A stretch of 61,517 bases of DNA, filler included, from Stramenopiles sp. TOSAG23-2 (Eukaryota), in assembly GCA_900128395.1 (NCBI GenBank). It is 5 parts of 5 records of this genome, joined end to end, with 100 filler letters (N's around TTAATTAATTAA, not from the genome) between each part and the next. Parts side by side here need not be neighbours in the genome. Positions count along the whole stretch, not along the records: positions 1 to 12,267 come from LT649867.1; positions 12,368 to 24,595 come from LT649868.1; 3 more parts are not named here. The stretch is one strand, 5' to 3'. Numbering within the stretch: position 1 is the stretch's first letter; the number at the start of each line of letters is the position of its first letter. The notes beneath the pieces are model-generated. The model was not told where the DNA came from, did not search any database, and saw nothing but the letters and a program-made list of their open reading frames with translations. Shown here one piece after another: positions 1 to 12,932 of the stretch. Position numbers and translations under genes: made by a program.

Positions 1-547
1 TATTAGGATCAGCTTCACCTTGTTCAATTAAATATTTAACTACTTGGAAATGTTCGTTCTTTGCAGCAGCCATTAAAGGTGTCCTCCCATCATAATATGT
101 ATACCCCACAATCTGTTTCATCGTCATCTCACTTCCGGCACACTTTATATTGTTGATATATTTATGAAATGGATGTAACCTAAAAAAGAATTTAACACTC
201 TCCAAATTCCCGTTTTTGCATGCTTGATAAAATACATACCTTCCATACTTTGCATATAAATCATATAAACGTCTTGGATTTTCAATCAAACGTTCAATAC
301 TCGATATAAAATTTATATCCCCATTATTTTGTATTGTAAGTTGTTTTATTAAACATGATTCTTTTAAATTCAATATCGATTTTATATTTAGATATTTTAT
401 AATAATTTCAAACAAACCATGAATATTACATACGGAATAGATAGTAGTTGTATCTGATTCTTTAACTTTTGTTTTCACATACGTTTTTATAAAATCTTCT
501 GTATTTAGTATTTTCGTTACTAATACATTTATTCTTTCAACTATCAT
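1..547 (-). CDS. F-box-like + ankyrin-repeat protein, 3'-truncated at the window edge
   Basis: My translation from ATG 547 is open to position 1 (not in the ORF track because there is no stop): MIVERINVL...HGLFEIIIKYLNIKSILNLKESC (F-box-like)...VFYQACKNGNLESVKFF...GRTPLMAAAKNEHFQVVKYLIEQGEADPN (ankyrin). The last segment is nearly identical to the ankyrin gene at ~49850-49940. Confidence 0.8.
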   Translation of the reverse strand, partial: MIVERINVLVTKILNTEDFIKTYVKTKVKESDTTTIYSVCNIHGLFEIIIKYLNIKSILNLKESCLIKQLTIQNNGDINFISSIERLIENPRRLYDLYAKYGRYVFYQACKNGNLESVKFFFRLHPFHKYINNIKCAGSEMTMKQIVGYTYYDGRTPLMAAAKNEHFQVVKYLIEQGEADPN

Positions 548-1782
548 GGTTGTTGCTTCTTTATCGATGTTGTTTGTGTCGTGTGTATGTCTGTGTTGTT
601 GTTTGTGTCGTGTGCATGTCTGTGTGCAATTATGTATATGTGTGTGTGTGTATATATATTATATTGGTAGTATTCCATTGTTATATTTTGTACTATGCCA
701 GGTATGCACCAACAACTAAGACAACATCATAATGTCACTTTGATTGACACCACTTTTTTATTACATGAAAGACACAGCCATAAGCCATAACGCATAACGC
801 ATAACGCCATATAACATACAACCTAAACCACCACACTTCATTGCAAAAATTATACAGTAAAATTATTACTATACTACACTACCCCATTACGAATTCAGAA
901 CTATTACTACTTTTTGTACTTTGTACTATTAACTATTAATACTCTGGCAACTGATAAGCTGGTAAGTGGTAAGCCTATAAGGCCTAAGGCAAGCCCTGGG
1001 CAAGCACAGAGTCTTCCCAGCTGAGATTTCCAGCAATAATAACTTTGTACTTTTGTACTTTGTACTTATTGCAAACATTACTGAAACGACGACTTATGAA
1101 AAACATTTTATATCCATATGGATCATTATAATATTATCATTGTATCCATACGATTATTTTATGGAAACATGCCGGGAATGCTATCCCAGAGAGAAACAAT
1201 ACGGAGGTGCTTCTTTTTGAAAGATGTCCATCCTCCGTCCATTGTATAGTGTTTTTTATACCTAATATATTCGCCTATCAATTCATAATTAGTATAGGAA
1301 TAGCATCTGTTTCATCATCATTTTCAAATCAAAAAAATAATAATAAGAAATTTCTTTGAAAACACTAACACACGCACACCTTTCTCCATCGATTGATGTG
1401 AATGTAGAGAGATATACGAAATGTTGCAAGTATATATTTCTGATTGTATAATATTGATAATATAGATATTGTTAATAGAGAAACAAACAGGAAAGAAGAG
1501 GATTGGTTTATTTTTTGTTGTTTTATATTATTTTTTGTTTTTTATTTTTTTCAAAATTTTGAAACATTTATAGCAAAAAATTCTTGATTTAATTATTTTA
1601 CTGACATTTTACAAAAAAATATTTATTCAAAAATATATAGACGTCACATATAATAAATATATATATATTTGTATTATAGAAAGAGTTGCTTGTGCATAAA
1701 AAAAACACAAAAAATATTTATCGAACATATTATTACCCGTACGTATAATAATAAAGACAAGAACTAAAAGAAGAAAATAAAC

Positions 1783-3298
1783 ATGACATCATTACTGAGT
1801 GAACATGATGATAATAAAGATAATACAAGTGATACGAATAATAATTTAAAGAATAATAAATACAATTCATCATTATTATCTATTTCGTTCAATCAAGATG
1901 CTACATGCTTCTCAACTGGTTTAAGAAATCGCTCGTGTGTATATAGTTGCATGCCATTTCAACGTCATGAATTTGCATCAGATGGTGGTATAGGTGCTAT
2001 GGCAATGTTATACAGAACTAATTTATTAGCAATATGTGGTGGTGGAGATACACCAGCATTTTCACCAAGACGTTTACGTGTTGTAAATACTACTACGAAA
2101 GCTGCTTTATGCGAATTATTATTTGAAACGACTGTATTGTCTGTTAAGATGAACAGGGAACGTTTAGTAGTTGCATTACAAAATAAAATACATGTTTTTG
2201 ATTTAGATACAATGACTGCATTGCATATGTTACAAACACCACCAAATGTTGAAGGTTTAATGGCATTGCAAGCTAATACAACAAGCAATAATAATAATAA
2301 TAATAATAACAATAATAATAATATGGATAATAATAATAACAATGGTGTATTTCTAGCATTTCCTGGTGGTACAACAAAAGGTGAATTAGTATTATTTGAT
2401 GTAAGGAATTTAAAAATAGTTAAATTGATTCAAGCACACCAACATCCATTAACGGCAATGGAATTGTCACAACGTGGTGAATTTGTTGCAACTGCTAGTA
2501 CAGAGGGAACCATTATACGTGTAAGTATAAGATATATATATATATATACTATGATCTATGATACTATACTAATAAACTATTTTTGCTAACCTTATATATA
2601 TATCAATATATAAAACACAGGTATTTAAAGTACCATCTGGTGAACGATTGCATACATTTAGACGTGGTACTAGACGTGGTACTATACGATGTTTATCATT
2701 TGACATTACAGGTAGATATTTATGTGTTGGAAGTGCTAGTGGAACAATACATTTTTATAAAAATACAAATGGAAATGGAGCAACAAATGGAAATGATGGC
2801 AATAATGAACTAAGTATGGGTAATAATATGAATAATAATAATAATAATAATAATAGACATATGAATAATAACAATAGTAATAGTAGAACAGGATTTATAT
2901 CTTCATATATTTCTTCATTTATGCCAGAAAATTTAAATACTACAAAAAGTTTTGCACAAGTACGATTACGTAAGTTCAAATATTCTTGTATATATATTTT
3001 TATCTATTATGATATATATTTTTATAGACATAATATCAATTATAAAAACTAACACATTAATATATCGATGTATTTTATAGGTACTACGGATTCTCATGGG
3101 GTACCACCATATCATTGTGCTATTATGTGTGATTCAAAAAAAAGACAAATAGATGAATTGTCTGTTATTGTTGTATCTGTTAGTGGGATATTTTCATTGT
3201 ATAGTGTCAATAAAGTAACAGGTGAAACGCAACTTGAGGAAGAAAATGCATTGTTTGAAACGCAATCAGATGCAATTGATGCAAAGTTTATGGAATAA
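1783..3298 (+). CDS. ATG18: ATG18/WIPI PROPPIN (PI3P-binding WD40 autophagy protein); exons 1783-2520, 2621-2969, 3081-3298 (~434 aa)
   Basis: SFNQD, MLYRTNLLA, SPRRL, ATASTEGTIIRV|FKVP and the diagnostic FRRG motif. Introns 2521-2620 and 2970-3080 (GTAAGT...CTAAC...AG) join the three ORF pieces in frame. Confidence 0.93.
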
Positions 3299-3374
3299 AA
3301 GATACGTATTAAAAAGGGAAAAGATATTTGTTTAATATTGTACACTCTGATCTACAGAACGAGAAAATAAATCC

Positions 3375-3717
3375 TTGAAGGATAGAAACCTGCTCATGCT
3401 AGAGTAGAGTATTTGTTTGGAGAGGTGCATTAGAGCTTTACTATAGCAGGATTAGGAAATAGAATATTATTCCTTGCGATTGAGTATTTTAACCATGTTA
3501 TTATATGTATATTATCATTGAGCCCGGCGTCCAACGCGTTCAACGTTTGAACATGTTGGAAGGATAGAAACCTACTTGTGCTTGTAGAGTATTAGTTTGC
3601 AGAGGTGCATTAGAGCTTTACTATAGTAGGATAACATATTATTCTTGCGATTGAGTATTGAGCATATTACTTAACACGAGAAGTGTAAAAATATTATAAC
3701 TCTATTAGATTTTAACA
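3375..3717 (+). repeat. Two diverged tandem copies (3375-3488 partial, 3523-3717) of a dispersed ~200-bp element
   Basis: Both copies share GAAGGATAGAAACCT, TAGAGTATT, AGAGGTGCATTAGAGCTTTACTATAG and CTTGCGATTGAGTATT. A homologous copy lies on the minus strand at 53702-53908. Confidence 0.8.
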
Positions 3718-3809
3718 TCATCTTTATCATATATATGTGATATAACTTATATGATATACTTCGTAGATTTTATCATGTCCTATTTTTTTTATGCATATCA
3801 TATTAAAAA

Positions 3810-3856
3810 TATGGATATTTTTAAGAGTAAACTCTCTCCTCTTTTCCCTATCTCTC

Positions 3857-3887
<31 letters not shown>

Positions 3888-4111
3888 TTAGTTTGAATTA
3901 ACATTAGTTGGACTATCTAAGTTATCATCTAGTCTAAAATTGCTACGTTCTTCTTTTATATGTTGGCGTCTATGGATATTTTTAAGAGTAAACTCTCTCC
4001 TCTTTTCCCTATCTCTCTCTCTCTCTCTTTAGTTTGAATTAACATTAGTTGGACTATCTAAGTTATCATCTAGTCTAAAATTGCTACGTTCTTCTTTTAT
4101 ATGTTGGCGTC
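3810..4111. repeat. Tandem duplication (3810-3970 / 3971-4111) of the channel gene 3' end, containing a (CT)n microsatellite
   Basis: The copies are identical except in the (CT)n tract, and both include the last codons and stop of the channel ORF. Confidence 0.9.
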
Positions 4112-7100
4112 TTCTATTGCTTTTAAATTTTCTGTAATGTTTTTGTATCCTTTTCACTGCAAGCACTTCTCCCACATATACTCTTCGTAAACCATGCAAT
4201 TCGTCTGCAATTTCTGCTTTCGATTTTCTTTTTTTCTGTGGTGTGACGCTTCGTACATTGTTTACATATGTTTTAGTTGTACGTCTACGTAACGTATCTT
4301 CCATCTGTTCTTTTACAGTTTCCGTTGCACCTCCTTCACCCGTATCACCCATTGCCCTATTTACTAATGCTGTTAAAAACTCATGGAAATTTGCTTCACC
4401 ATACGGTGGGTGGTGCAAAATAGGGAGTACAAAGCCACCGTTTTTTCTCTTTTCTAAAAATAAACGTTCAACACGTTTTTTCAACATGCCTGGTGTCATG
4501 GGTGGTGTATGTGGCTGGTTAACTAATCCTAATGGATATTCCACCTCACTCAATAAATCCAATAAAGCATTTGTTGGAACCATACTATCGCCATCTGGGT
4601 CATATTTTGCCCAGACTGCTTTGAACTTCAATAAATGGGCGGGTTTCACCGTTGCAAGGTCCAACTCTGATATAGTAGTAAACGCTTCAATAACAATTGC
4701 AATTAATAAATTCAATAAAACAAAACTACTGAGTATAAAGAAGCAAATGCAATAAACAATTGGAATAACGATATCTCCACAATTATTCAATACTTTATTA
4801 TCGCAATAAGGTGGCTGCAATCTTAAATTATGCATGATTTCATTATAACTTTCGCCCGTTGCCATACGAAACAACATAAGCATGCTTTTTCCAAAGCTAG
4901 TGAAATTAGCATGTTCATTTAATCCACCATTAAAACGAATACTTGAAAATAAATTCATCCCCATTACAGCAAAAATAAAAAATACCAAGAGTAACAATGT
5001 CATAACATTCGTTACTTGTGGCAATGCAACTAGCAACGTTTGAAATAATGCTGTTAATCCTTTTGACATCTTGATCAAACGAAACAAACGAGCTGTTCTA
5101 ACAATGCGGAACAACGATGTAATGCTACCCATGCTTGGCCCGATAGACAATCCAATGTAACTGGTAACAACTAAAGTGAAATCAAATTGATTCCACCCTT
5201 GCTGGATATATCGAACTGGGCCTATACCATAGATTTTCAAAACCGCTTCTATGGTGAACAAAATAACAAAGAAAAGGTTCCCAAAATACAAGATTTGTGC
5301 CATGCTATCAGGCATATCATCGTATCGCATCGCCATAATGATTACATTGACCATAATGGCAGAAATTATGAATATTTCAAATTTTTTCGATTCGACTAAG
5401 TTAAATATTTTCAATCGGAACGGACCAGCGTTCAATGGTGGCCTCAAGACCGTCATTGGGTCCATTTGCATCGTGTGCAGCATGGTTTGTCTCCATTTTC
5501 GCTGCGAATCTGTTAATAAGTCCATTCCTTCTTGCTGGTCTTTCATTTTATTGAAATTATCGATTACAACTCCAACAAAAACATTAAACATTAAAAAAGA
5601 GCATGTAAGAATCATTACTATGAACAACGCAGCAGCAAATGGCTTGTTTTCTCTAATTGGTGGTTGGTTAATACCTGCTGTATCAACAACGGAATACATG
5701 ATATCAGGCCACATTTCTCCACTTGTGATTTCGAATACAGTTATAAATCCATTAACAATGTTGTTAAAATTGTAAGGCAACGGTGTCCATAAACGCGGGA
5801 AAGCGGTACCATTTGGACTTATGTAACATGCGTTCTCTTCAGCTGGAGATGGCAACATGGCGCAGTCCCCGTCGGTTAAGAAGAAATTACCAACACATTC
5901 TTCCATTGAATCAATAGATTCATCATTGCAAAAATTCAGCTGCCCTTTAAAGTTTTGGACACCAATGATTGCGAAGATTATTAAGAAGAATAGCGTAACA
6001 AACACAACATTTGCAATTTTTGGTACAGCAGCAATGATTGAATTTACTACCAATTTTAAGCCTGGGAATCGACGAACGACTCGCAATGGCCTTAAGCCAC
6101 GCAAAGCACGTAACGAACGCAAAGCTCTGAGGGTACTCAAATTTTCACTACCTTCCGTAGTTGAAAATGGTGGATTCATGATTAAACCTACAAGAGACAT
6201 AATAACTAAAAATCCATCCAATAGGTTCCATTCATCCCGTGCGTATGAACCTTTATGCATGAAAGCGCCCAATGCAATTAGTTTCAACGACATTTCAATT
6301 ATAAATAGCAGAGTCACAATGAAGTCCAATACTTCCATAAGAGTTTTTACTGCATTACATCCATCAGTGGTGCATGCGCGCAAAGGAGGCTCATCCACTA
6401 CCAACATAATACTACTTATCAAAATCAAAAATAAAATGAAATAATCAAAATATGGATGAGAAACCAATTGAAAAACGTTTTGCCGAAAAGGATTGCTTTT
6501 CTTAAATATAAAAAGTGACGAGCCATCGGGGATTCCAATGTCACGTAACGATGGTGTGCTATTTTTTCGTTTTGGTCTATCACTATTAGAGACTGGTGTT
6601 GCAGGTGCAACTTTTGCACTTTTTTTCGGTGTAATAGTGGCTGATTGTGTGGATGTTGCAACTAAGATCTCCTTTGGCCTATCTGTCTTCTCGTCGCTTG
6701 AGCCTGTTCCTTCCTCGGATGAAGATGATGATGTGGCCGGGTGAACTTTTGACTGAGATTTTTCTTTTTTTAATTCATGCTCACATTTTTCCTTCTCCTC
6801 CTCCTCCTCCTCCTCTTCTTCTTGATCAAATTGATCAAGTAAAATTGCTAAAAATAAATTGAAAATAACGTAATTACCTAAAAACGTTAATGCTAAGAAA
6901 TATGCTACTGAAGCAAAACCTGTCACTTTTATCCCATCGAATAAAACTTCATTCCAATTTTCACCGGTCAATACTTGAAAGACTGTCACGAAACCCCACC
7001 AAAAATTATCAAAATGAGCCCTTGGTTTTTCACCATCAAAATTTTCTTCCGTTAATTTACCTGCGAACAATTGCATTCCAAGTAACGTAAATATGAACAT

Positions 7101-9036
7101 AATAATAAGCAATAAAACAGCTGCGGTACTAACTTTTGCTAAACTATTTAAAATCGTTATCATTAAACTCCGTAAACTACCCCATGAACGAATTAATTTG
7201 AATACACGGAAAAGACGAAAAGTACGAAAGACGGATAAGCCACTATTCTCACCAGAGCCAGTTATCGCAACGATAATTTCAATGAGACTTACAAATACGA
7301 CAAATGCATCAAATAGATTAAATCCATCTCGCACGTAATTGTTTATCCCTAAACCGACTAATTTAAATATCATCTCCAATAAGAAAATGACCGTAAAAAC
7401 GTAATTTGTTACGACTAAAACGGGTTCCAATCCATCTGGCATTGGATGCATATCTAAGGCAAGCGTTACCGTATTCAATACAATGAAAAATGTTATAAAT
7501 GCTTCAAAATACGGATGCTGCACTAACTCTGTCATCGGCAAACATGCTTTACAACACGGTACCGGGTCGTGAGTTATGTTTTCCTTTGCTAATCGTGTTT
7601 TCTTCTCTTCCGCCGATTCACGTGCATTTCTTGCCATCATTTTCAGTTGATCGTGTTCCTTTTCTTCTCGGCTTGTCTTTTCATATTCTTGCCATATAAC
7701 TGCCAACGCAAGATTAACTAGGAAAAACGAACCAAACAATATCAAGGCGATGAAATATGGAATTACAATGTACCCACGGCCAAAAGAATCCAATAAATTG
7801 TACATCACATCGGTCCATCCTTCCAATGTTATTGACGTGAAGACGGTCAATACACCATTTCCAATATTGTCAAAGTTAGTAATACCATAATTTGGCTTTT
7901 CACTATTTGGTGCTCGTCGGCACATACGGTTAGATAATAATGTTTCAGGATTTTTTGACCACGCTGGGCCATAATATACCGGCTCACAAATACGCCCACC
8001 ATCCACTGGCTTACATGTTGACGTAGCCGTATCACATTTCACTGCAGACGATAATTGGAGTTGGCATAAACTTTCATCTAACGTATCTAGCTCGTACATA
8101 GGAATTCCATCAATATACGCATTGGTTTCCTTATTGGCTCCCACTAATGCTAAATCAGTTAAATTGACAGCATTATTATGAATAAAATAGCAACGCCCAG
8201 CAAAAATGCCAGAAAATAGTTGCAATCCAATGATACCAAACAATAAAAACATAAACACCCACAACATTAACACGTTAAATAGGTTTTTACAGCTGCCTAA
8301 AACAGATTTGATGATAGTTTTCATACCAGGTATAGTAGATAACGTTCTCAATGGTCGTAAGACACGGAATGTACGCAATGCACTTAAATTGCTTACACCG
8401 GGCAATTTCGCAACCCACGCTATGATGACAACTGAAAAATCTAGCCAATTCCAACCGTCTTTTAAATAGCAATCTTTAGATCCGAAAAAGAATCCCATTG
8501 CTATTGTTTTGATTATGGCCTCGATTGTAAAAATGATACTAAATACCCAGCCAGCTACATCAGCAGCTATAATCATATCATACTCAGCTGCAGTACATTT
8601 TTCTTGAATTTCTTCTAACGTTGCATACGTTTGACATACTGGATTGACTGCAGCTAAAAATATACAATTTATTAAGATACACGCAATAATGAAATTACTA
8701 AAACGTTTATCATATGATAAAGCAATACATTGCTTTCTAAAAACATTTGTTGGTGAAAATATGAACAATGACACATTTTTAAATTCAGGAATGAGATTAC
8801 CGTGTAATTCATCATGTTTCATCTGATTATGGGCAACCTCGGCCTGTTGTAAAGAAATTTTATTGTTAATTAGTATATGTAAGAAAAAGTAAGCGTTTTT
8901 ATCTGTATGTGTATGCAAATGGGTAGTTATAACGTACTTCTAGCGTTCGTTGATGGTTTACTAAACCCATTAACGATTTATCTTCTATTCGTCTTTCAAC
9001 GACAACTTTTTTTGACTTGCTTGATTTTGGTGGCAT
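4029..9036 (-). CDS. Four-domain voltage-gated cation channel alpha subunit (Cav/Nav family, EEEE filter); exons 9036-8938, 8843-4029 (~1637 aa)
   Basis: Four 6-TM repeats with Arg-rich S4 helices (LRTFRVLRPLR, FRTFRLFRVFK, LRALRSLRALRGLRPLR, FRIVRTARLFR). Pore loops are TLEGW / TGENW / SGEMW / TGESY. C-terminal EF-hand-like (WAKYDPDGD) and IQ-like (IQKHYR) motifs. Phase-0 intron 8937-8844 (GTACGT...CAG) links an upstream 33-codon exon. Confidence 0.95.
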
Positions 9037-11160
9037 GATTATCTATTTACGAATAGTTTACTTATATTATATTGATACTTATATACCAACTTCAGTTCAA
9101 TATTTGTCTGTGTGTGTGTATATATATATATATATATACTTTTTTGTTTCCGTATCAGTTTGTATTATACTATATATTTTCTATTAACTACAACGTTCCT
9201 TCAAAAAACGCTGGTTAAATAAGTTTTTTTAACTGGTATTTTACTTTAACAAAGTATACTTATTCTCTATAATGTTTTTCAAGTATATCTTTAATATACC
9301 ACGTCTATCTTATAGTTAGTAAACGTGCAGCTTCTTTATTATTATTATTAATATCACTGTACGAATATATGTTTTATGTATAAATGTATTATATATATAT
9401 ATATACGGGAATGTGTTGCGAATATGTAACTATGTATACAACTAGTTATCAATAATAGCTCAAAGGTTAATATAAACTCGATTCAAGGCGTGCCTCTACG
9501 TTCACTTATATATGCCAAATATAAAGACGGGGTTATATTCCGAATCAACGAGAACGATTATTGTATGAAATTGTTATGTATTTGCATACATATATCTATA
9601 TATATATATATGTATGTGTGTGCATTTATATTTTGTTTCAACTATAACTATTATAATTATTATGGATTACAATGGTGAATGGTTTATTTTTGTGTGGGCA
9701 TATAGGATAATAGATAATATTACAGTATTAGCTGGTTAGCAATATCACCCCTTCTTATAAAACTCAGTCCGCAGTAAAACGCTGTATTTTCCACACCGTC
9801 TTTTTTTTTATCGACCCTTTTTTGGCCTTACACTATCATAAATCATAGTTAAACCGTTTCCTAATATATAAAAATAAACTTGCACCACGAATCGATAAAA
9901 TCAATAGTAATACGTTTTATTTTCGACCATTTTTATTTGTTTTTTGTAAATCATTTATGTACACACCTCGAAACAATCAGATGAAATCTGTTGTTGTAGC
10001 ATATAGACAATTTATTGTCAACCCTTTTATAATATTTTAATTGTATTAAACATGTATTTTTAAAGTAGGGGCATGATAAAATAATGAAAGTGCATTCATA
10101 AATATAAAAAATAGACGTCTTTTGAAACATTCTATTTGGTATAACCGAATAAAAAAAAAGTTAGGTCTTATGAACATCTATATCCTTAATAACTACTAAT
10201 ATTAAGTAATATAATAATAATATTTTGTAAACAATATTAAGGATATTGTGATTTACATTTGCCTTTCTTTTTTCATTCGTTTCACTGGCCGTGGAGCGTG
10301 GAGGGGCAATAATACCGCTCTCTGATAGACGACTATAATAACTAATATTATACAACATAATAATACGGCAAACGGCAATAGTGTAATGTATAATATAGTA
10401 AGAATGTGAGAATTGGATTATTTTGCGATTGCATTTAGATGGGTGATGGGGAAAAACCAGCGGATCAGCGGCCGTCGGAAAGGGTCGGTGCGGTCGTCGT
10501 TGATGGGAACAACTACAACATTTTAATCTCTATTTTTTTTTCCGTAGTTGGTATCGTAGTTCGTAGTCTTGTGTGGTGTCTTGGTACTGGTTTTCTTTCC
10601 TAAAAGGTATTGTAGTATGAGAATAGCATTGTAAAAATGTGTGAGAAAAAGAAACGCAACTACAGAAAAGCAACTCCATTCACAAACGTAGTTAGAAATA
10701 TAAAAATTGGAGTGCATTACCGACCTAAAGAAATGTTTTTTATATAGGAGAGATATAAAAAAATACGTTAAAGAAGACACTTCATTAATAAAAACAAAAT
10801 ATGTGTGTGTAACAAGCTAATTTACTTTTTTTCGTGCATTTTTAAACATTTTCATATATACGTCGTACATTTCATATTTTTTTTTGCATCAAACGACGTG
10901 TAATAAAAATTTCAAATTTGCGTGTCTCTCCATTTTAATGCGGCACATCTTTTCCAAAACACCTAACATTTTACGTGTGCACCGTGTGCTATATTTTAAA
11001 ATGTGATGACCAATGCTTGCCTTTCCAACACCTCCACATGTATTTTAACTTCTTTTTTTCCTGTTTTGTTTTTCACTTGCATACAATTAATAATAATAAC
11101 AACAAGATATATTATATTTGTGTTATCTATGCGAACCTATAATATATTTTTTTCCTTTTT

Positions 11161-11716
11161 TTATCTTCTTTCAACTCCGGCATCTTTTAACTCTGTTTGT
11201 ATTTTGCTATATTCACCTTTTACTTTATTTTCACGTTTTGGGTTGTTAATATCATCATCCATTTGTGCTACTTGTTGTACAACTGTTTGTAAGTTAGATG
11301 CATCTTCTTGTGAGAAGTTTGATGTATCTGCTGGTTTTAAGCCTTTCACTGTGTTCCAGAACTATGTATTATTATTTGTGTTTGTATATGTTAGTATATT
11401 TTTAATTATTATTATTTTATTTTTATTTCTTAGTTAAAATTGGATATATATATATATAGTGATGTGAATATAAAGAAAAACTTACCTGTTCGCTATCAGT
11501 TTTAACATTATTTACTAAGTCACCATTTAAATCTTTACCAAATGAAGGGTTTGTAGACGCTTTTTCAAATCGTGTTTCAATTTTATCCGCTGCCATAGTC
11601 AATTGTTTCAATGGATCTGCAGCAGTTGGATTTGCATCTAACATACCTCGTAAAGTTTTTGCATTTGTAAGATATACAATACATGTCGTGATCAATACTG
11701 TAAATATTAATTTCAT
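11161..11716 (-). CDS. Small secreted protein of unknown function; exons 11716-11486, 11361-11161 (~143 aa)
   Basis: Signal peptide MKLIFTVLITTCIVYLTNA. Phase-0 intron 11485-11362 (GTAAGT...TACTAAC...TAG) joins the 97-aa and 62-aa ORFs in frame. Confidence 0.75.
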
Positions 11717-12267
11717 TTTCCTTTGCGTTTTGTTTGTTTTTGTTTGTTGTTTGTCTGGGTATTACTTTTCTAATTTATATTGAATAATTGTGATGATAAT
11801 ATATATGTATATATATGAATACTTATCTTCACTTCTACTTCTAATTGCATCCCTTGTATATTAATCTATATAATATATATATATGTATTTTTTATAATTA
11901 ATGATTTTTTATAAAAAAAAAACACAAAAAAGTTTAAAACGTGGTAGGTGTGTTTTTTCATATACTAAGGTTTTAAAGGTTGTGTATATGTTAATTGTAA
12001 ATATATGTTGTACTTAGATTAAATCATTCCCAACAACATTTTTAGACCTTTCCTACTTTGTTTGTTTAATGGTTTTTTGGTGGAATGTTCCATCATATCT
12101 ACGTATGGATAAGCACAGAATAGCATTGTTTTTTACAGATATAAGCTTGTAAAATGGCCTTCCCCCCTTTTTTTTTGTCCGGGTCGTAGAGTCACGGAAA
12201 CTTCGCATTGCTAGAGTACGCGGAACCCCCCCCACTAAAAAGTCTAGAGTAGGACCGAGACAAACAA

Positions 12268-12367
12268 NNNNNNNNNNNNNNNNNNNNNNNNNNNNNNNNN
12301 NNNNNNNNNNNTTAATTAATTAANNNNNNNNNNNNNNNNNNNNNNNNNNNNNNNNNNNNNNNNNNNN
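12268..12367. other. Artificial contig spacer
   Basis: 44 N + TTAATTAATTAA (stops in all frames) + 44 N. Confidence 0.99.
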
Positions 12368-12932
12368 ATTTTAGTGTAAAAATTTGATGCTTAAAATTCT
12401 GCTATCCCTAATTTCTGAAAACGTGAAATGTCAAAATTATTTTGCCAATTGATAGGAAAAATGGTATACTAGTGGAGCCTAAGTTTAAAAAGGTATTTTC
12501 AATGTTTTTCCTTTGTTTTCATGTAATGAAATGAAAAATCCATCATCAAAACAATGAAATATAAGAATTTAGGTTGAAAATGTTGAAAATGATGAAATTT
12601 GATCGAAAATATGCGAGTTGTAATGGTATGACAGTGGTATATGCCAGGTATGAATAATGCAAATATGTTGCAGGACAATATGCAACCACCACATATATTT
12701 GTAGTTTTTTTTATGATAAAAAGACTTTTAAAAAATCATTTTTAAAAAAAAAAAGAATACAATTTTGGAAATTACAAGGTCATTGCTAATGTTGTAACAG
12801 TAGATGAATTTGATGACGTGTTATCGTCGATCTAAAATAGAAATATATATATTAAAAAAGATATTTGTAGAAAAATTAGTAAAACAAAGTAAAGTATTGT
12901 ACGCAATACTTAATTACAAAAACACGAACAAC

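Noticed and set aside
780-1070. Stuttered microrepeats (GCCATAA/CGCATAA, TTTGTAC, GGTAAG) in intergenic DNA, also seen near 15740-15800, 23905-23940 and 26680-26710
   Set aside because: Consistent with slippage-derived low-complexity sequence, and the units differ between loci.
4243-8826. Numerous 60-195 aa ORFs antisense to or overlapping the channel gene (and likewise for other long genes)
   Set aside because: They are shadow ORFs of real coding sequence; poly-Leu or poly-Ile products are antisense readings of (AAT)n tracts.
10441-10730. GC-rich stretch GGAAAGGGTCGGTG with complementary ACCGACC at ~10719, resembling the RNase P/MRP P4 pseudoknot
   Set aside because: The spacing does not fit the conserved region I consensus, a long T-run lies between the halves, and no P1 helix is evident. 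The GTCG stutter resembles other degenerate microrepeats here. An Rfam scan would settle it.
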